From the IMG/VR virus record IMGVR_UViG_3300021082_000069, positions 1 through 35,972 of that record: a stretch of 35,972 nucleotides of DNA. The stretch is one strand, 5' to 3'. Shown one piece after another: positions 33,892-35,972 of this stretch; the first letter of the stretch is position 1; the number at the start of each line of letters is the position of its first letter. A program made the translations under genes and the position numbers. This stretch comes from a virus. Lineage: Duplodnaviria; Caudoviricetes. The notes under the pieces were generated by a model, which was not told the DNA's origin, did not search any database, and saw only the letters and a list, made by a program, of their open reading frames with translations.

Positions 33892-35175
33892 ATGTTTGGG
33901 GACAATTGTTGCACGTGCGGGGCTTGCTCTTCGCGGTATCTCGCGGCGCAGCATTGGTTCAGTGGGTTTTATGGGATTCCAGCGTGGCAGGTGGGTGATT
34001 TTACAGGGGAGGCGGCGAAGGTAATCGGGGCTCAGTGTTTGCCGGGAACGTCTCCAGCGGGTGAGGGGTGGAAGGATTTGCTGCTTTCGGACATGATCAC
34101 GGCTCCTTTTGATGCGTTGCGCCGGGAGCGATATTTGTATGTGTCGTTTGTGACGACGGGAACTTACATCCCACCAAACAAGGGGAACAGTTACCGGCAG
34201 AGAGCGAAGCATTACGAGTTTTGGGTGGATAAGCGTATCAACCGGATTAACCGGGTGCGTTTAACCGGTCACGAGGGGGATCTTAGGGAGGGGACGGTGG
34301 CGATTTCCGCGGAGACCGCAACGGTGGAGTATAACTGGTCGATCAGTGATGCGGGGGTGGAATCTTCGACCGGGACGGAGGCGCTGGTGGCGTTTGGCGC
34401 GGTGGAGACAGGGTGGTGGGATGTGCTAGCAGAGGATGAAACGGACACAACGCACGAGGGGACTTATAGCGCATCGGTTTCGACTGGCGGGAGGACGTGG
34501 AACGCTTCGTTTTTGATCCGGAATGTCTACGACGAGGACTTGGGGGATTACGTGGACGTGATGATCAGCCACCAGCGGCAGTTGGTGCTGGGGCTGAGGT
34601 ACGATGATGCCGACGTTTTCCGGGACACGGAGGATTTGCTGAATTCGGTGGGGTTCGGGGGGACGTACAGCGTGCACGAGGAGTCGATCGAGGTGGCGCC
34701 GGTTTCGCGGGTGTTTGATTATGGGCGGAATTGGCTGGTGGGGTGGACAAGCCTGGTGTTGACGGCAACGCCGTGGCCGGTGACTAAGGTGATCGTGCCG
34801 GCAGGGCCTGGACCGGTGAACAAGGATTTTGATTGGACGCTACACCGGATGGGGTTTATGGCGTTTAGCCGGCTGTTGATGTCTGATTCGAGGGATTTGG
34901 ATGAGATGCCGGAGCCGGTGGCGGTGTTATCGAAGGTGGGGGTGTCTTTCGGCGGGACTATGGACGTGATGCATTACGAGCACAAGGTGCCACGAGGGGA
35001 GACGGCGGAGGGTGTGGGGTCGCAGTGGTGCGAGTTTACAGGGTTGGTGGATTGTGACCGGGGGTGGAACGGAGGAGTGTACGAGTTTTTTCCGGGGGAT
35101 CTTCCTTTTGATTTTGGGGTTGGCTACCTGGCGCTGTCGTGCCGGGAGACGTTGCCAAACCCGGATTGTCCGTGA
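33892..35175 (+). CDS. Distal tail-region protein with Cys-rich N-terminus
   Basis: 427 aa, begins MFGDNCCTCGAC, 1 nt after the upstream stop. Confidence 0.7.
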   Translation: MFGDNCCTCGACSSRYLAAQHWFSGFYGIPAWQVGDFTGEAAKVIGAQCLPGTSPAGEGWKDLLLSDMITAPFDALRRERYLYVSFVTTGTYIPPNKGNSYRQRAKHYEFWVDKRINRINRVRLTGHEGDLREGTVAISAETATVEYNWSISDAGVESSTGTEALVAFGAVETGWWDVLAEDETDTTHEGTYSASVSTGGRTWNASFLIRNVYDEDLGDYVDVMISHQRQLVLGLRYDDADVFRDTEDLLNSVGFGGTYSVHEESIEVAPVSRVFDYGRNWLVGWTSLVLTATPWPVTKVIVPAGPGPVNKDFDWTLHRMGFMAFSRLLMSDSRDLDEMPEPVAVLSKVGVSFGGTMDVMHYEHKVPRGETAEGVGSQWCEFTGLVDCDRGWNGGVYEFFPGDLPFDFGVGYLALSCRETLPNPDCP

Positions 35176-35189
35176 GAGAGGAATCTATT

Positions 35190-35633
35190 ATGAAAAAGAT
35201 GATTGGAATGGCGGTTTTGATGGTGGGGCTGGAGGTGTTTGGGCAGGCGTATGACTTGTCAAACTGGGGGGTGACAAATCGGCTGGTGAATGGGGCGCTG
35301 CTGACGGGCACGAATAACCTGGGGACGAATGTCCTGGATGTGACGCGATACACGGACGTAGGGCTACAGGTGAAGTTCGCGGGGGCGGGATCCGGGACTG
35401 AACCGATGAAGGTGTGGCTGCTCCGGAGTGCGGATGGGACGAATTGGCAGTCTGGGGACGGAGAGGTGTGGTCGGTGCCTGCAGCCGGGTTGGCGCAGGT
35501 GGTGGCGATGACGAATTTGGACGTCGGGGCGCTGGGTTACCTGAAGTTGAGGGCGTTGACGAATGGGAACTCGGGGGATTTGACGAATGTGACGCTATCG
35601 GCCGTCTTGAAGGGGTATCGGAGGGACCGGTGA
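35190..35633 (+). CDS. Secreted beta-sandwich protein, TN-rich
   Basis: MKKMIGMAVLMVGLEVFG-QA signal-like leader; SADGTNW, YLKLRALTN; start re-called to ATG 35190. Confidence 0.75.
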   Translation: MKKMIGMAVLMVGLEVFGQAYDLSNWGVTNRLVNGALLTGTNNLGTNVLDVTRYTDVGLQVKFAGAGSGTEPMKVWLLRSADGTNWQSGDGEVWSVPAAGLAQVVAMTNLDVGALGYLKLRALTNGNSGDLTNVTLSAVLKGYRRDR

Positions 35634-35869
35634 GGGTGTGGACTGTGGCGGGTTGGCAGGAAGTTTCTGTCAAAGACGGGAAACGGGTGAGGAAGCAGAT
35701 GTCTCCCTGGGAATGGGGTGACTGGATTTACTGTGGAGCGCACCCGATTGCCAGGTGGCTGGATAGGACGTTTGGGACCAGGTTGGCGGGATGCCAGGCA
35801 TGCTCTCGCCGGAGGCAGTGGTTTAACCGCCTTGGCATGGGGGTTAAACGGGCAATTCTCGGGCGTTAA
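35630..35869 (+). CDS. Small Cys-containing phage protein
   Basis: GTGA-coupled; WGDWI...PIARWLD..FGTRLAGCQACSRRRQWFN. Confidence 0.65.
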   Translation: MRVWTVAGWQEVSVKDGKRVRKQMSPWEWGDWIYCGAHPIARWLDRTFGTRLAGCQACSRRRQWFNRLGMGVKRAILGR

Positions 35870-35884
35870 AACGGAACGGGTCTT

Positions 35885-35952
35885 GACGGGTTTGCAGGGG
35901 GGGAGTTTCTCAAACCTTTTCCATTTCTTCTCAAACCTCGCCGCGTTTTACA
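35885..35952 (-). repeat. Right-end putative transposase-binding sites (R1 35927-35952, R2 35906-35923, possible inverted R3 near 35886-35899)
   Basis: TTCTCAAACCT occurs twice in tandem; terminal CA at 35951-35952. Confidence 0.8.
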
Positions 35953-35972
35953 CGTGACTCTATATTTTCTTT

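Noticed and set aside
33892-35952. Invertible G-segment, invertase or mom-type modification gene
   Set aside because: No recombinase or Mom/methylase motifs and no flanking inverted repeats other than the phage end sites.

Overview
The window is essentially one complete Mu-like transposable phage genome, 25..35952 (TG...CA ends, transposase-site repeats at both ends, short host-like flanks with no target-site duplication). It has the divergent B3/BcepMu-type layout. A leftward early arm carries Ner/Cro-like, double-wHTH, DUF3102-like, DDE transposase, MuB ATPase, MazG-like, DnaA-C-like HTH, GemA-like and a 174-aa minimal PolX gene. A central XRE repressor is followed by a rightward late arm: holin-like, lipoprotein, Mu-type terminase, HK97-type portal fused to a Mu-F domain, prohead protease, capsid, siphovirus-like tail, GH27 tail-fibre-like protein. 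A Verrucomicrobiota host is inferred from protein motifs only. Unusual features: (1) roughly 40 short tandem-repeat tracts (7-, 8- and 9-mer families) plus 4 REP-like hairpins at gene junctions and protein linkers, all polarised to one DNA strand regardless of gene direction, alongside a very strong G>C skew that flips synonymous codon choice between arms; (2) export signals on apparent virion proteins (signal peptide on the GH27 tail fibre and a distal tail-region protein, hydrophobic leader on the capsid protein) with no recognisable endolysin; (3) an orphan 5-site array near the left end, duplicated 27-bp palindromes inside a gene, and a candidate structured RNA. All protein calls are by-eye motif recognition; no database searches were run.
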